Shown here: in pieces, positions 41,350 to 54,764 of the stretch | Position numbering within the stretch: position 1 is the first letter of the stretch | Layout of the letters: each line of letters starts with the position of its first letter | NCBI RefSeq assembly: GCF_009914755.1 | Contig: NC_060927.1 | Length of the DNA: 64,000 nt | Strand: one strand, 5' to 3' | Origin: the human T2T-CHM13v2.0 reference genome, Homo sapiens | Notes under the pieces: generated by a model | The model's database searches: none | What the model saw: the letters and a program-made list of their open reading frames with translations, nothing else | What the model was told of the DNA's origin: nothing | Translations under genes and position numbers: made by a program

Positions 41350-42150
41350 TCTAGGCTACCGTGCAGGCGGGAGCGCGTGGGGTGGTGCAGATCCCTTGCC
41401 TCGCCCCGGTGGGGGAGGCTGTTTCTGATTTGGGGGAGCAGGCAGCGTGGGGCCTCCCGTTCAGAGCTCTCTCACCACTGGGCCTGACCTCAGGGCGCCT
41501 GGCTGGGGCCAGGAAGGCGTTCGCGTCAGACAACCCCAGCGGGGAAGCCCCCCTCTCCCGCGGGCCAAACCGCAGCTTCTTGCAGCCACTCGCCCCGGCC
41601 GGTTTCGGGAGGAGGGCGGCGCTCCGAAGGCGGCCGCGCGCAACGGGGCCTCGGTCTGTGGACCAGCGTCCCCTGAGAAGCAGAAGGGGTGTGAAGGGCA
41701 GGAAAGGGGCCGTGCCGGGCTGTCCCTCCCGCCGCCTGCTCCGCGGGTGGCGCCCGGGGCCGGGTGGCAGCGGGGTGTGGGCGGGGAGACGCGGCGGGCG
41801 CGGGGGCGGCCGGGCAGGCGGCGCGCGCTCGGAAGTGCCCCCGGGCGGCCTCCGCGGCAGGCGGCTCCTGTTTCCCGGCTCCCGCCCGGGCGGGCGCGGG
41901 GCAGCTGCTGGGAGGTGAGCGGAGCAGCGTTTTCCCACAGTCTGGGGCGGTGACACATGGCGCTCACACATTCCACAGCCGGCGGCCGCGCCAGGCCTGG
42001 CTGCGAGTCAAGGCAGCGCCGGGAGCTGCCGACGAGCAGGTTCCGACTTTGGCACCCGCCGCGCCGCCTTCCCGCCTTCCCCACGCCCGGCGGGGGCGGA
42101 GGGGGACGCAGAGGGGCCCGCGCCGGCGGCTTAACCCTTGGACGTCTAGA
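41350..42150. promoter_or_regulatory. CpG island, promoter-like
   Basis: About 800 bp, very GC- and CpG-rich; GC boxes; ETS site CGGAAGTG 41830-41837; splice-donor-like GAG|GTGAGC at 41914/41915. Confidence 0.9.
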
Positions 42151-42164
42151 CACAACTTTGATCA

Positions 42165-42270
42165 GCAGTTTATTGAATCTCAGTGTGTGTCTCACCCAGG
42201 TGCTGAATAAATGTCGAATGCATGAATGAATTACTGAATGAATGAACGAATGAACGAACAAATGAATGGA
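42165..42270 (+). mobile_element. L2 3' terminus with (GAAT)n tail
   Basis: aggtgctgaataaatgtcgaatgcatgaatgaat...gaatgaacgaatgaac. Confidence 0.7.
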
Positions 42271-42382
42271 CGCGCGCACACATGCTGTAGGGAGCCCTTC
42301 TTGGCTCGCTCACGTAACGCACCTATGCAACAACTGGCCAATACGCTTTCCAAAGCTCCTGACTCCCACTCCGTACATTCTT

Positions 42383-42647
42383 TGGTGGTGTTTCTTTGAG
42401 ACAGAGTCTCTCTGTCGCCCAGGCTGGAGTGCAGTGGCGTGATCACTGCAACCTCTGCCTCCCAGGTTCAAGCGATTCTCGTGCCAGGCTCCCACCACCA
42501 CGCCCGGCTAATTTTTGTATTTTTAGTAGAGACGGGGTTTCGCCATGTTGGCCAAGCTGGGCTAGAACTCCTGACCCTGTCAGGTGATTCGCCTACCTCA
42601 GCCTCCCAAAGTGCTGGGATTACAGGCATGAGTCACCGCGCCCAGCC
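42383..42647 (-). mobile_element. AluS with internal deletions
   Basis: TSD actc(c/t)gtacattctt at 42368-42382 and 42648-42662. Confidence 0.95.
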
Positions 42648-43349
42648 ACTCTGTACATTCTTGAAAGGCCCCTGAAGTAAGGGGGGGATGTTGGCACCCC
42701 CAGTTTACAAGGAGGAAAGCGACTAGGAGAAGTAGCTTGCTAGGGGTGGCTTTGCACTTCTAGATTCAGATAGGAACCGCCAAAGAGATGGGGAATGGGG
42801 AAGCGGGGACATCCCCGTCATCTCCCCTCCCACCATTGGACATGGTAGGCCGGGCGGGAGTCAAGGCAGTGCTTATGCCTCGACTCCAGCCCAGAGCCTG
42901 GTGTGAGTGAGCATCACCTGTGGTCAGAGATCAGCCATTTGCCTCTGAGTCGGTGATGAGGGCGTTTGCCAATCTCTGGCGGGACTCCTTCCCACAACTC
43001 TCTGTTTACTGATGAGCAGTGGAAACCTTGATCAAAGACTATTCTGGCAACCATTTGACAGAAACAAAAACAATTTGAAAACTGCTTTAAAAAAAAATAG
43101 AACTTCCGATTCTGGGGTGGAGATCTGTTCCTATGAGATGGCACCATTCCTGTATTCTGCTTCCCTTGGGCCTCTGTGTGACTCCTCTGGACCTCCAGCT
43201 CCCTTACTGCATCTAACTGCCCAGGGTAGAGACTACACTGAAACAGGGACCCTTCACTCCAAATCCCACAAACCGAGGAACCGGCAAATCATCCCACAAA
43301 GAAGCTGCCCAGACCCCAGGGCGCAGGAAGGGCTCTGGAAACACTGTGA

Positions 43350-43530
43350 TGTTTCCAGAACTGCCTTACATACATTGCCTTTCATTCTCACAACACCCTA
43401 ATGAGAGGGGTGGTATTATTGCCCTGGCTTATAGCTAAAAGTACTGACATTTAAAGAGGTGAAATCACTTGCCTAAGGTCACAGAGCTATAAATGTACTT
43501 GACCCCATGTTTGCCTAACCACCAACCAGT
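43350..43530 (-). mobile_element. MIR
   Basis: ttcattctcacaacaccctaatgag...gaggtgaaatcacttgcctaaggtcacagagct. Confidence 0.78.
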
Positions 43531-44211
43531 GCTTTGTCAACCAGGTCTCAAAGTTTAGATGTAATTCAGATTACATTCCGCATACACACCCTCTCCTCTC
43601 ACCTCCTCATAGCACATGCACACATGCAGACCTGCCCGACCTTTACCTTCTCCAAGTATTAAGAGAATCTCACTTGATCCTCAATGGCTCTGACTTTGGT
43701 AGAACCTGGTAGAACTTTTCAAACTCACTTTTGGTCTGTGAAGTAAACTACCTCCACCCTCTGACTCCATAATCAATATGTTCTCCAATCATTACAACAT
43801 AATCAAAAGACAAAGATGTCAGCCCTGGAGATTCATGACCAGCTGGCCACATTCAAGGTAACTCAGTTGATTAGCATTCACTGTGAACCTACTATTGCCA
43901 GGCACCTAACGTGCGTGCTGATGGAGATGAGAGAGGGGACTAGGAAAACAGAAGGACCCAGAGGAGGTAAAAAGGAGAAAACAATCCAGAAGACCCATAC
44001 GCCCCACTTGGGGCTCCCAATCACTCAGATTGGAAAGATTCATAAAGACACAATTAGATCGTAGGCTGCTAAGAGATGTATAAACTAAGTGGCAGTATAC
44101 AGGTGAGAATGCACCTGGAGGAAGGGTTGTCTAAACAGGTGACATTTATGTTGAGTCTTTATCTTAATTCATGTTGTGCTCTTATAACAGAACACCCCAG
44201 ACTTGGCATCT

Positions 44212-44794
<583 letters not shown>

Positions 44795-45129
44795 TGAGGG
44801 CCCTCTTGCTGCATCATCCCATGGCAGAAGGGCAAAGAGAGGAGGAGAGAGAGAGAGAGAGAGAGGATAAAAGGGGGCTGAACTTCACCGTTTACAACAA
44901 ACCTACTCCAGTGATAATAGCATTAATCCATTCACTCCACCTTCATGGCCTAATTACCTCTCATTAGGCCCCACTTCCCAACACTGTTGGCTTTGGGATT
45001 TAGTTTCCAACACGTGCTTTCTGGGGAACACATTGAAACTATGGCACCCTTGGAGAATGACTAGTTCTCCAGATGAAGGTAATGGGGAAGGCCACTGCAG
45101 GTAGAGGAGACACAATATGATAACTTAGA

Positions 45130-46450
45130 AAGGACACAGAAAATATAAACCATAAATTAAAAATTGAGAATTTTATGTTATCAAAATGTAAAATGTCTGC
45201 TTGCAAAACATACACCATCAAGAAAACAAACAGATAAACCACAAACCAGGAGAAAATATTCACAAAACATATATCTGACAAAGGACATACATATAGAACA
45301 TATAAAGAACTTCTGTCACTCAACAATAGAAGACAATCTAGTTTTTTTAAGGACCAAAGACTGAAAAGACACTTTACAAAAGAAGATACACAAATAACCA
45401 CAATAAGCACGTGTGAAAGCACTCAACATCATCAGTCACCAGAGAATGCAAATTAAAATTATGAGCTACCCCTACATACCTGCTAGAATGGCTAGAATTA
45501 AAAACTGACAACGCCAGGTGTTGGAGAGAACTGGAACTCTCGTACCTCACTAATAAGAATGTTAAATGGTACAGCCACTTTAGAAAACTGAGAGTTTCTT
45601 TAAAAGGTGAATATATACTGACCCAGTGGGATACTGGTAAATTTTTAACAATGACCTCTCCACAGGGAAGTTGAGGCTGCCATGAGCTGTGATTGTGCCA
45701 CTGTACTCTAGCCCAGGTGACAGAGGGAAACCCTGACTAAAAAATAAAATACAATCAAAAACTAATGGGCTCTCCAGAAGAAAAACAAATGCTACAAAGC
45801 CTGATTTGTAGCATTTTCTGATTTCCCTGGTATAAATCTTCTACCATGGCCGATTTCAAGCTACCCACATGACGACACTGAAGGCAGCATTGGGAAGAGA
45901 TGACCACGAGTGGCTCTTGCTCACTTGTCCCGGTCCACTCCAGCACACCACTATATCTACTCCACGACCTAGCAACCTACTGAGTCATAGGCATTTACCT
46001 AAGATAAATGGAAGCACAAGTCCACAAAACGTCTCCTGCAAGAATGCTTGTAGCAACTTTACTTGTAGCTCCAAACTGGAAACAACCTAGGTGACCATCA
46101 CAAGAGAACAGATATATTTGCACTATATTTGCACAATGGGATACTACTTAGCAACAGGAATGAATGATCTACTGAGACATGCAGCAACTCAGATGAATCT
46201 CAAAAATACCAAGCTGTGTGAAGGAAGGCAAACATGAGAAGTGCATCCTGTTTGCCTTTATATGAAATCTGGAATAGCTGAAACTAACCAATAGTGATAG
46301 AAACCAGATCACGGTTGCTGGGTGATGGTGGGCATTGACTGGGAAGGAAGGACTTTCTGGGGTGATAGAAATGTTCTGGACCCTAATATGCCTTGATCAA
46401 AATGGAATCTTTACAATCGGAGCATTTCACTGTATATAAATTATGCGTGT
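45130..46450 (+). mobile_element. Old L1 (L1ME-like) ORF2 end and 3'UTR, interrupted
   Basis: gagaaaatattcacaaaacatatatctgacaaaggac...ctcaacatcatcagtcaccagagaatgcaaattaaa...aactttctggggtgatagaaatgttct-type motifs. Confidence 0.8.
45624..45952. mobile_element. hAT-Tip100 relic (MamRep1879/MamRep38-like) containing an AluJ fragment (45665-45752)
   Basis: cagtgggatactggtaaatttttaacaa...ccatggccgatttcaagctacc...ttgggaagagatg...ctccagcacaccact. Confidence 0.7.
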
Positions 46451-46689
46451 AAAAGAAAAAGGCATCACACCTAAAAAGCCTGGATTTCCCTTTACTTCGA
46501 TATTCAAGACAGCTTAGAAGCAGAGGATCGCAGATCAGCTTGGGGGCTGCAAAACAACTGCCTCAGCACATGGGTTCAGGGAGTAAGCTGTGTTCCTCTT
46601 GCTTTCTTTTAGCAAAATCAACAAAGCATTATTTGCTTTGTTGGCCACTGTGGTTACCAGGTCTCCAGCCACAGGACAGAGTATGGGCT

Positions 46690-46708
46690 GAGCCGGCAGA
46701 GGGCACTG
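46690..46708 (+). promoter_or_regulatory. Consensus CTCF core motif
   Basis: CCGGCAGAGGGCAC (46693-46706) matches CCRSYAGRKGGCRS at every position; lies in unique sequence. Confidence 0.65.
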
Positions 46709-47832
46709 AGGTCAGCCTGGCCTGGTCCTGCCCACAGCCCACTCGTCATTCCTCCATCCCCTCCTTCATTGTTGAGGAAGCCATTTTTGAGAAACTTGCA
46801 AAGTTACTCCATCCCCAGTTATCTTCAGTTTCTCCTGTTTTCCTCCACTCCTTCTCCCCTCATCCACAACCTTCCATCCCTCTTCTACCTAAATACTCTT
46901 AGAGAGCCATGTGCTAAAGATTTAATAGCCCAGGGCAGTCAGGAACCCCTGATTCCAAGAGTTCTGCTAGTCACTCAAGCACAAAAATTGGTTAGTAACT
47001 TGTCAAAGGTTACCCCGTGCGTTGACTTTCACTTACTCACTCTCTGAGCCTCACTTTTTTTAAATTTGCAAAATAAGGGAAATAATTCTCAGCAGTCAAT
47101 TTTAGGGATAAAATGAGAATCTGTGAAAATATCAGCCAGTTTGAGGGATTTCAAGTTTATGGCTAGTTTTCTCTTTTTATATTTTATTGTAATTAATCGT
47201 TACTATAAGCATTTTCAGGCCATTCTAAAGAGGGGGTGCAGTTCTCCCAAGTCCTGCACGGAATGAGGAGCAAAGCCAGGATCCCAGCCTGGGTCTCTGC
47301 TCTTCGGTCAGCTCGGTGCTTTCCCAGGTGGAAGGCCAGCTGGCCCAGGGCACTGCAGCGGACTCCACCTACTCACGTTTCCATCTCTGCAATTCTAGAA
47401 AAATAGCACAGAGGGCCAGGTGCAGGAAGGTCGAAAGGCTGTTATCTCACACAAAAACAGTAAAATTCCTTTCACACCCTTCTACCTCCCACCCTTTAAT
47501 TAGTCTCTTATGAACATAAAGTCTCCTTGACTTTTCAAAGTTTTATAAAGAATTACTTGTGGAACTCTTGGAGACCAAGTGTGAGGCACTTATAAAACTT
47601 CACATAATACACAGAGTTTCCTTTAGCTTTTCCGTATTTTATTCACACACACTTTCCCGTAACAACATGTGCCAGTCATTCTCCAGCTGCTCCCCACCCC
47701 TCCCACCCCGTAACTTCATTCTCCTTCACACTTTCTGCTGGAAAAATTGCTGCTTCCAAGGCCCTCCAAAATATTTCGAGCTACTCTCCTTAATTGCCTT
47801 GCTCCTCAGAGTTCATGTGCCTTCAGTCTTCT

Positions 47833-48105
47833 TATTTGAGGCAGGGTCTCACACTGCTGCCCAGGCTGGAGTGCAGTGGTGCCATCATAGCTCACTGTAG
47901 CCCGGACCTCCTGGGCTCACATGATTCTCCCACCTCAGAGCTCATGGGTAGCTAGGACTACAGGAGCATGCCACCACACCTGGCTAATTTTTTATTTTTA
48001 TTTTTTTGTAGAGACAGGGTTGTATTATTTTGCCCAGGCTGGTCTCAAACTCCTGCCTCAGCCTTCCAAAGTGCCAGAATTACAGGCATGAGCCACCACA
48101 CCCGA
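47833..48105 (-). mobile_element. AluJ
   Basis: gcagggtctcac, catcatagctcactgtagcc, ctcctgggctca, tttttgtagagacaggg; left-arm deletion. Confidence 0.92.
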
Positions 48106-48391
48106 TCTGAACTTCTTGTTTGACTCTCTGGTGTTCCCCAGGCAACAGTACTGGGGAACTGGAAACAGTACTTTCTTGTCTCTGTGCATTGCTCCTGTTG
48201 TCTCCCCTATATCCCCTTAACCTTCACACAGTATCCCCCCTTCAGAACTCAGCTCAAAGGCCGGCCAGCTCCTCCATGAAGCCTTCACCATGTCTCCTCT
48301 GAGCCCTATGCCACTTTTCTAAGCCTCTTTGTTGTGGCACCATCCCTGTCTCCCTCCCTTGTACATAAACAGTCTGGGAAGTTGTTGAGTT

Positions 48392-48496
48392 GATGGGTAG
48401 ATGGATGGAGGGAGGGATGGGTGAATGGTTGGAGGAATGGAGGGATGGAGGGATGGATGAATGGGTGGAGGGATGGAGGGATGAATGGATGGATAG
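48392..48496. repeat. (GGAT/GGAG)n low-complexity repeat
   Basis: gatggatggagggagggatgg...ggatgaatggatggatag. Confidence 0.85.
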
Positions 48497-49689
48497 ACTC
48501 AGCCACATATGTATGAAATGTATATGAATTGTTGAGTGAATAGATAGATAACAGGCAGGCAACATTTTCTAGAGCTATTATATAAGACATACTCATACTT
48601 GGAGTTTCAGCATCGTGTTAATATATTTACTTGTTCAATGTTTATTCAACGGTTTTTGTTTCTTTTCTATCCATCCCCAATCTATGTCTGATGCAGGAGA
48701 CAGGCACTTGGGAATATTTAATTCAGGCTGGATCCTAAATCATGTGCAGTCTATGTTTATGGATAACGAAGAGCTAAATACATTTTAATATTGTTCCCAA
48801 GGTGAAGCCTGATGAGTTTTTACTAGCATTCAAAAGTGGGCGTCAATATATTTCTTCTTTCTGTGTTTTGGTTCCCAGCTGAGTGGAAGGTCAACCAGTC
48901 CAACTTCTCATGTTTCAGAAGAGGAAAGCAAGGTCTGGAGAGGGAACGTGGCTTGCCCAAGGTCAGAGGTAGAGGGAGATTAAAACTCTGGGTTTTGACT
49001 CTCAATTCCTTGTTCGGTCCTTGACACCTTAAAACTTAAAGTCAAAGAGCTGCCTTATCCATTACAGATATGTTTCAAACTTTGATGAAAAGCAGGGAAG
49101 TTTGGGAAGAAAATCCAAGACTTCTCTGGAGAGAGGTAAGATTTCTGCATTATAGATTCTTTCTTTGTTTTACATCATTACATATGAGACCTTCGCTTTC
49201 CAAGGTCTCATTTGTACAATGAAGAGAAAACTGCTATGCCCCTGACTCCGTCCAAGGGCCTCTGGAACATTCTAGAATTGTATTTCCACAGTTAGCGCTG
49301 CTCTGATTTGGGAAAAGAAGAATTGAAGATTTTTGTAGTGTTGGCTCTGACTTCCCTTCTTAGCAAAACTTCTAATGTCCTAGTGGACGTGGCAACAGCT
49401 TGAAAAACTCCTCTAGGACCAGACAGATAATTAACCCTTTCTCTGCTCTGCTGATATAACTACTTTCCACAGTTTTTATGGAAGAACAAAATGCCCACGA
49501 AACCTCTGTGCACGACTAATTTATCTGACACCCTGGCTCTGACTTCTCTATCCCAAAATTCAACTCAACAACACTTTCCAGAAATTTCTAAAATTTCTTT
49601 GATCCAAGGTTTCCAGAAATACCTACAGTTCTGTTTGTCTATTATAATTTTTTGATGACCATGGTTCAAAACCTTAGCTTACTCCTTTA

Positions 49690-50060
<371 letters not shown>

Positions 50061-52291
50061 TTATCTATCATCATAAATGCAGCCAGTGACTACTCAGGGG
50101 CACTAAAACAATTTTTAGATTGTTACTCTCCCCTCAGAAATTCACAGATTGTAGGAAGAAAGCAGAAAAGTAGCCAGAGAATGGGGGCACGTGGGAGGGC
50201 GTCTCTGCAAGAACTGGGCCTCTTCCCCCAGTACCCAAGCAGCAATTAAGACTGGTCAGCCAACCCAAAATGTGTCCAGCTTTTATGAATTTCCAATCAA
50301 TAGCCAAAACGCCAGAAGTTTCTTTTCAAATTAAAAAGAGAGAGAGAGAGAGCGTGAGGGAGGAAGAAAGGAAGAAATCCAAACAGTGGACAAAAACAAG
50401 GCGACCGTGGCTCCCACTCCAGCCTGCGAAGCGGCGACAATGGTGAGAAATCAATGCCCAGAACCACAAGGCAGCTTTCAGACACCTCTTGACCCTGTCA
50501 CTTCCTGGGTAATTAAGAGGCACTACAGTTCCGTGTCACTGTCAGGGGCTGAATGTATATCGATAGATAGATATATATGTTCTTAAAAGATTCTTTTTCT
50601 ACAGCGGTGGTCAGGATCCTGCCAAAGAAAAGCGGGAGAAGAAAGGCATTTTGTCCAGAGTGCAGTGAAAGGAAACATGAAAGGAGAAACCTAAATTTTT
50701 CAGTACAGTCTGCCCCTGACATGGGAAAATGGCGCAGACAAGAATAGACGGCTTGTTCGCCGTTGAGTTTTTTTCTTCCTTCCCTTGACAGATTATCTCT
50801 GTGAATGTGGTGTAGGCAGCAGGGCACCCCGCCCTCTCTGTTCTTCTTCGGATACCTTAAGGACATGAATGCAAAGCCTGGGGTCTACATGACAGGCTGA
50901 GTCAATGCTTGGCTGCATGGGGCTTTAAAGGGGGCCGCCTTCCTTCCAAGGGCCTCAGTTTCCCTAAATGAGGGAAATTGGACTAAACCCGCTCTGGAGA
51001 CTTTTCCAGGGCTGGCATTCACTGAGACCATCAGAAACAGTTTTTTCTTCTGACCCTACCCAGAAAACAGAGGAACATAGAGTTCCAGGTGAGCAGAAGT
51101 GGCCTCCCCACCCATGCCTATGAAATACCAGCAACCAAGGCCACTCAGAGAAGGTCGGACCAACCCACTGGAGAGAGGGAACCTCTAAAGGCACTTTGCC
51201 AGCTCTGACCCTGATGGTTCTTTGGCGAGTCTGCATCCTTTCCCTGTGGCACTTGTCTGTGGGGCTCAACTCAGAGAGTTGAGCGCAGTCTGCTTTGCAA
51301 ATGAATGCAAGCCACATGTCCGCCATGGACTGGGAACTCCCTGGCCCACAGCCCTCACTGATTATCCCGACATCCCTCCCAGGGCCAGCAGCAAGCCTGG
51401 GCCCCACACAAGAGGTGCTCGGTGAATGTTTATTAAGCCAACATCTGACTTTAATGATACAGCAGGGAGAAGGAAGCTTGTTCTCACGGGGTGCCTCAGT
51501 GAATCACTTTCGCATAAACCTGAGAGTTTTATTTCAGCAAACCAGTCCCTTTCCTGAGTCCTTGGTAACAAATTTTACTCCTGGAGGGCAAGAACACAGT
51601 TCTATCATCTCTCTATGCTTACTACTAGGACAGTGACAGGGTGTACACACCAATAAAGTTTGAGGGAAGGAATGGATGATGTCACACACTGAGGTCTTCC
51701 TCCTGGGTCTGCCACCTGGCCCTCAGCATGGGGGCTGGTGTATATAGTGACTGTCAGTGTGGCACTCCAATACCCTGAGATGAGTGACATTCTCCACATG
51801 GTACAGCAGGGGTGTTATATGCACGTGGCACATGTGCAGAACACCCTGTACGTTGCATTGGCTGTCACAGCAAAGAGGCCCCTGTCACTCACTCTTGGAA
51901 TATCAGAAGGATAAAGATACTAGTAAATGGGAAAGGGGAATTCCACTTATCTAGAGGAAAAGTACAATATAAATTTACTATCACAATATATGTTTATAAC
52001 TAAGGCAAAGCTTATCTTGGTGTTCTCTCTCGCTCATTGGATAGGTGCTGTGTTTTATAGCATCGGGCTGGACCCAGGAAGCTGGCTCCCAAAAACCTGG
52101 GCTTCCTTTGCAACCTCTACATGAGGAAGAGGCACCAGTTAGTGTGACCCATCCTGGGTAAGGATAGGCTTTCCCTAGGTACAAAAAGATCATTATTACC
52201 TTGGCCTCTTGGCCACTTTTTCTTCTGGCTAGCTTAAAACCCGTTCATTTGTTCTCACAGTGGCTTGAGGGACAAAAGGGCAAGTATTACC

Positions 52292-52448
52292 AGCCCTAGG
52301 GTTGCTAGGTGGCTACAGGGCACTTGGAATATGGCTATGGTTACTGCCGCTGAAGAATTGAATTCATTTTATTACACTCTAATTAATTTAAACAAATTTA
52401 AACGGCTGCATGTGTCTGGTTGCCACCGTGTTAAACAGCATAGCTCTA
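52292..52448. mobile_element. MER3/MER33-like hAT-Charlie fragment
   Basis: gtggctacagggcacttggaatatggcta...ttaatttaaacaaatttaaacggctgcatgtgtctggttgccaccgtgttaaacagca. Confidence 0.7.
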
Positions 52449-52935
52449 AATTCTTCACCTAAAAAAATGTGTAAAACCTAAAGTATTTGGTGACTTGATA
52501 AAGCCTTGAAAAATCTAAATAAGATAATAGATAAACCAACTAAAAGGAGGAAGAGGCCTCTTAACTGTCACTTGGAGACCACCCAGGACTGTATTTTCAA
52601 AGTCTATTAGCACCTGCCCAGAGTTGGTGGCAGAGCCTACCCCGACGTAGCCGCTCATGCCCCCACAGGGATGCGTCTCCCCCTCCAGTGCACGCTGGCA
52701 TGCAAGCCCCTGAGTAGCCCCCACCCTAGCACTGATGACAAGGCTTGTGCACAGCAGCTTTGCTAGACTGTGAGCTCCCAGGGGACAGAGACTGGCTTTA
52801 CCTATCACTGAATACCTCCCTCCCTGCAATTCCCAGCTGAATGCCAGTCACAGAGCAGGTGCTCAAAAGAGGGTTGTTTTGAACCAAATCCCCAACATTT
52901 AATTCAGAGGTTGTTATGATCATAAGATGGGGTCT

Positions 52936-53282
52936 CCTATGGACTGAATGTTTATGTCCCCCTCATATGTTGAAGCCTAATCCCCAGTGTGATGGCATTT
53001 GCAGGCGGGGCCTTTGGGAGGTAGCTAGGTTTAAATGAGTTCGTGAGGCTAGAGCTCCCGTGATAGGATGAGTGTTCCTATAAGACGAGGAAGAGACCAT
53101 ATCTCTCTGCTATGTGAGGATACAGTGAGAAGGCAGCTTTCTGCAAACCAGAAAGAGACCCCTCCTCAAACACCAAATTAGCACCTTGATCTGGGACTTT
53201 CTTGCCTCCAGAACCTTCAGAAATAAATGTTTGCTGTTTAAGCTAGGATATTTTGTTACAACAGCCTGAGCTAACTAAACTA
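52936..53282 (+). mobile_element. MLT1A/MSTD-like MaLR LTR
   Basis: ctatggactgaatgtttatgtcccc...ggggcctttgggaggt...gcaccttgatctgggactt...aaataaatgtttgctgtttaagc...gcctgagctaactaa. Confidence 0.88.
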
Positions 53283-54218
53283 GGATCTTTGAAAGCAGCA
53301 GCTTTTGACATCAGCTTTTTCACATGCACTCATTAAAGATTTTTTAAAAAACCAAAAAAGATATTTTACCAAGTACTTCCCATGGGAACTATGGGACCAA
53401 GAAAGAGTCCGTCTCTGCTCTAAGGAGGAACCAACACAGTGTGAGAAATGACCAAGTACAGAAGTAATTATAACTCCAGACATAAAGTGATCTGTTCCAC
53501 TTGAGCAATGCAGATGGAGCCCTTGGAAACTGCGGAGAAAAGGGATGGGTCACTGCTAAAATTAGTAGGGGAGGAAGCAGGAGGGGACAGCTTCCTGGAG
53601 AAAGTGGAGCATCTGAGCCAGGCCTAGAGGGATCGGGCGGATGTGCCTGTGCAGTAAGGAGACTGGGATGAGAGCAAAGAGCAGAGGCCGGCGGGCAGGA
53701 AGTGGGGGGAAGGAGAGGAGGTGTCTGGGGATAGTGACGAGTCCAGCCTTTTACACAGCAGCATTGCTGTACAATGAAGCTGGGAAGAAGCTCTGCTCTG
53801 GCCAAAGCGCTAATGCTAACGGTCCCCGCTACCTCGTCCTGCGCCCACCCCACCACCCCCAAGCTCCGTGGAGCTCAGGTTTAAAAACTGTAAGAACTGG
53901 AACATTTTGTATTTCTAGTCCTTTTCCCTGCCACCTGCAATAGATCCCCCAGTCCTACCCCTTTCACAAGGAGTGAGGGTGGACAGCTGGACAACCAGTG
54001 TGGCCTCCCAAGTGGCTGTGGGAAGGGCTAGGCTGTCTGCTCCCCTCACTCTCTTCCGCCCGCTGTGAAATCCACATCAGCTGGAGATGCCCAAGAGCTC
54101 TGTTCCCATCTGTTCTGGGCACGGCTGGTGAGAAAGCCTCAGGATTCAAGAGGCCGGCCCAGGGAGCGGGCAGGGTAAGAGCCCACCACACAGGCATGTT
54201 CAGCCAGTCCTGGGAACA

Positions 54219-54348
54219 GCTGCCCAGCCAAGGGCCAGGAGGCTCCCTGCTTCCCAGCCAAGGGCCAGGAGGCTCCCTGCTGCCCAGCCAAGGGCCAGGA
54301 GGCTCCCTGCTGCCCAGCCAAGGGCCAGGAGGCTCCCTGCTGCCCAGC
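54219..54348. repeat. 30-bp minisatellite (VNTR-like), 4.3 copies
   Basis: Unit tgcccagccaagggccaggaggctccctgc; single variant at 54252. Confidence 0.97.
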
Positions 54349-54764
54349 AGCTCTCAAATCACCCATTTTGTAGCCTGGCTGCTAATGATGCAATCAAGTT
54401 CATCAGAAAGCATCTGTTCTGAATGATAGGCACACTGCTCTGAGAGAAGTATGGGTGTGCTCTGAGAGAGGCACATCAGAGTCGGGGGACTTGGGTGACT
54501 AAGCAACCAGGACTCTTGATGTTCCCATGAGCCTCAAAACTACCCCTTGGGATCTTATCCAACCATCTTGAACTAGACCAGCAAGTCTCCTCTGAGCCCT
54601 CAGCCAAGACCTCAGGACGGAAGCTCGTTCAGGGACGTGCAGCTCTTCACAAGCCCCAGGGCTCACTGCCACCAGAACCCCTTGTGAGCTCCCCACAGCA
54701 ATGTGAGAATGGATGGGGGGCGGTGGGGGGGATATAGTTTCAGGCAAATACTAGAAGAGCAGCT

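Noticed and set aside
41351-42279. Long overlapping ORFs (185-272 aa) across the CpG island
   Set aside because: Open in many frames on both strands, R/G/P/A-rich, with no recognisable domain; expected from stop-codon scarcity in GC-rich DNA.
54219-54348. 30-bp repeats as a CRISPR array or repeat-protein gene
   Set aside because: Units are contiguous with no spacers, the context is primate, and there is no splice or coding evidence for ORF 53998-54426.
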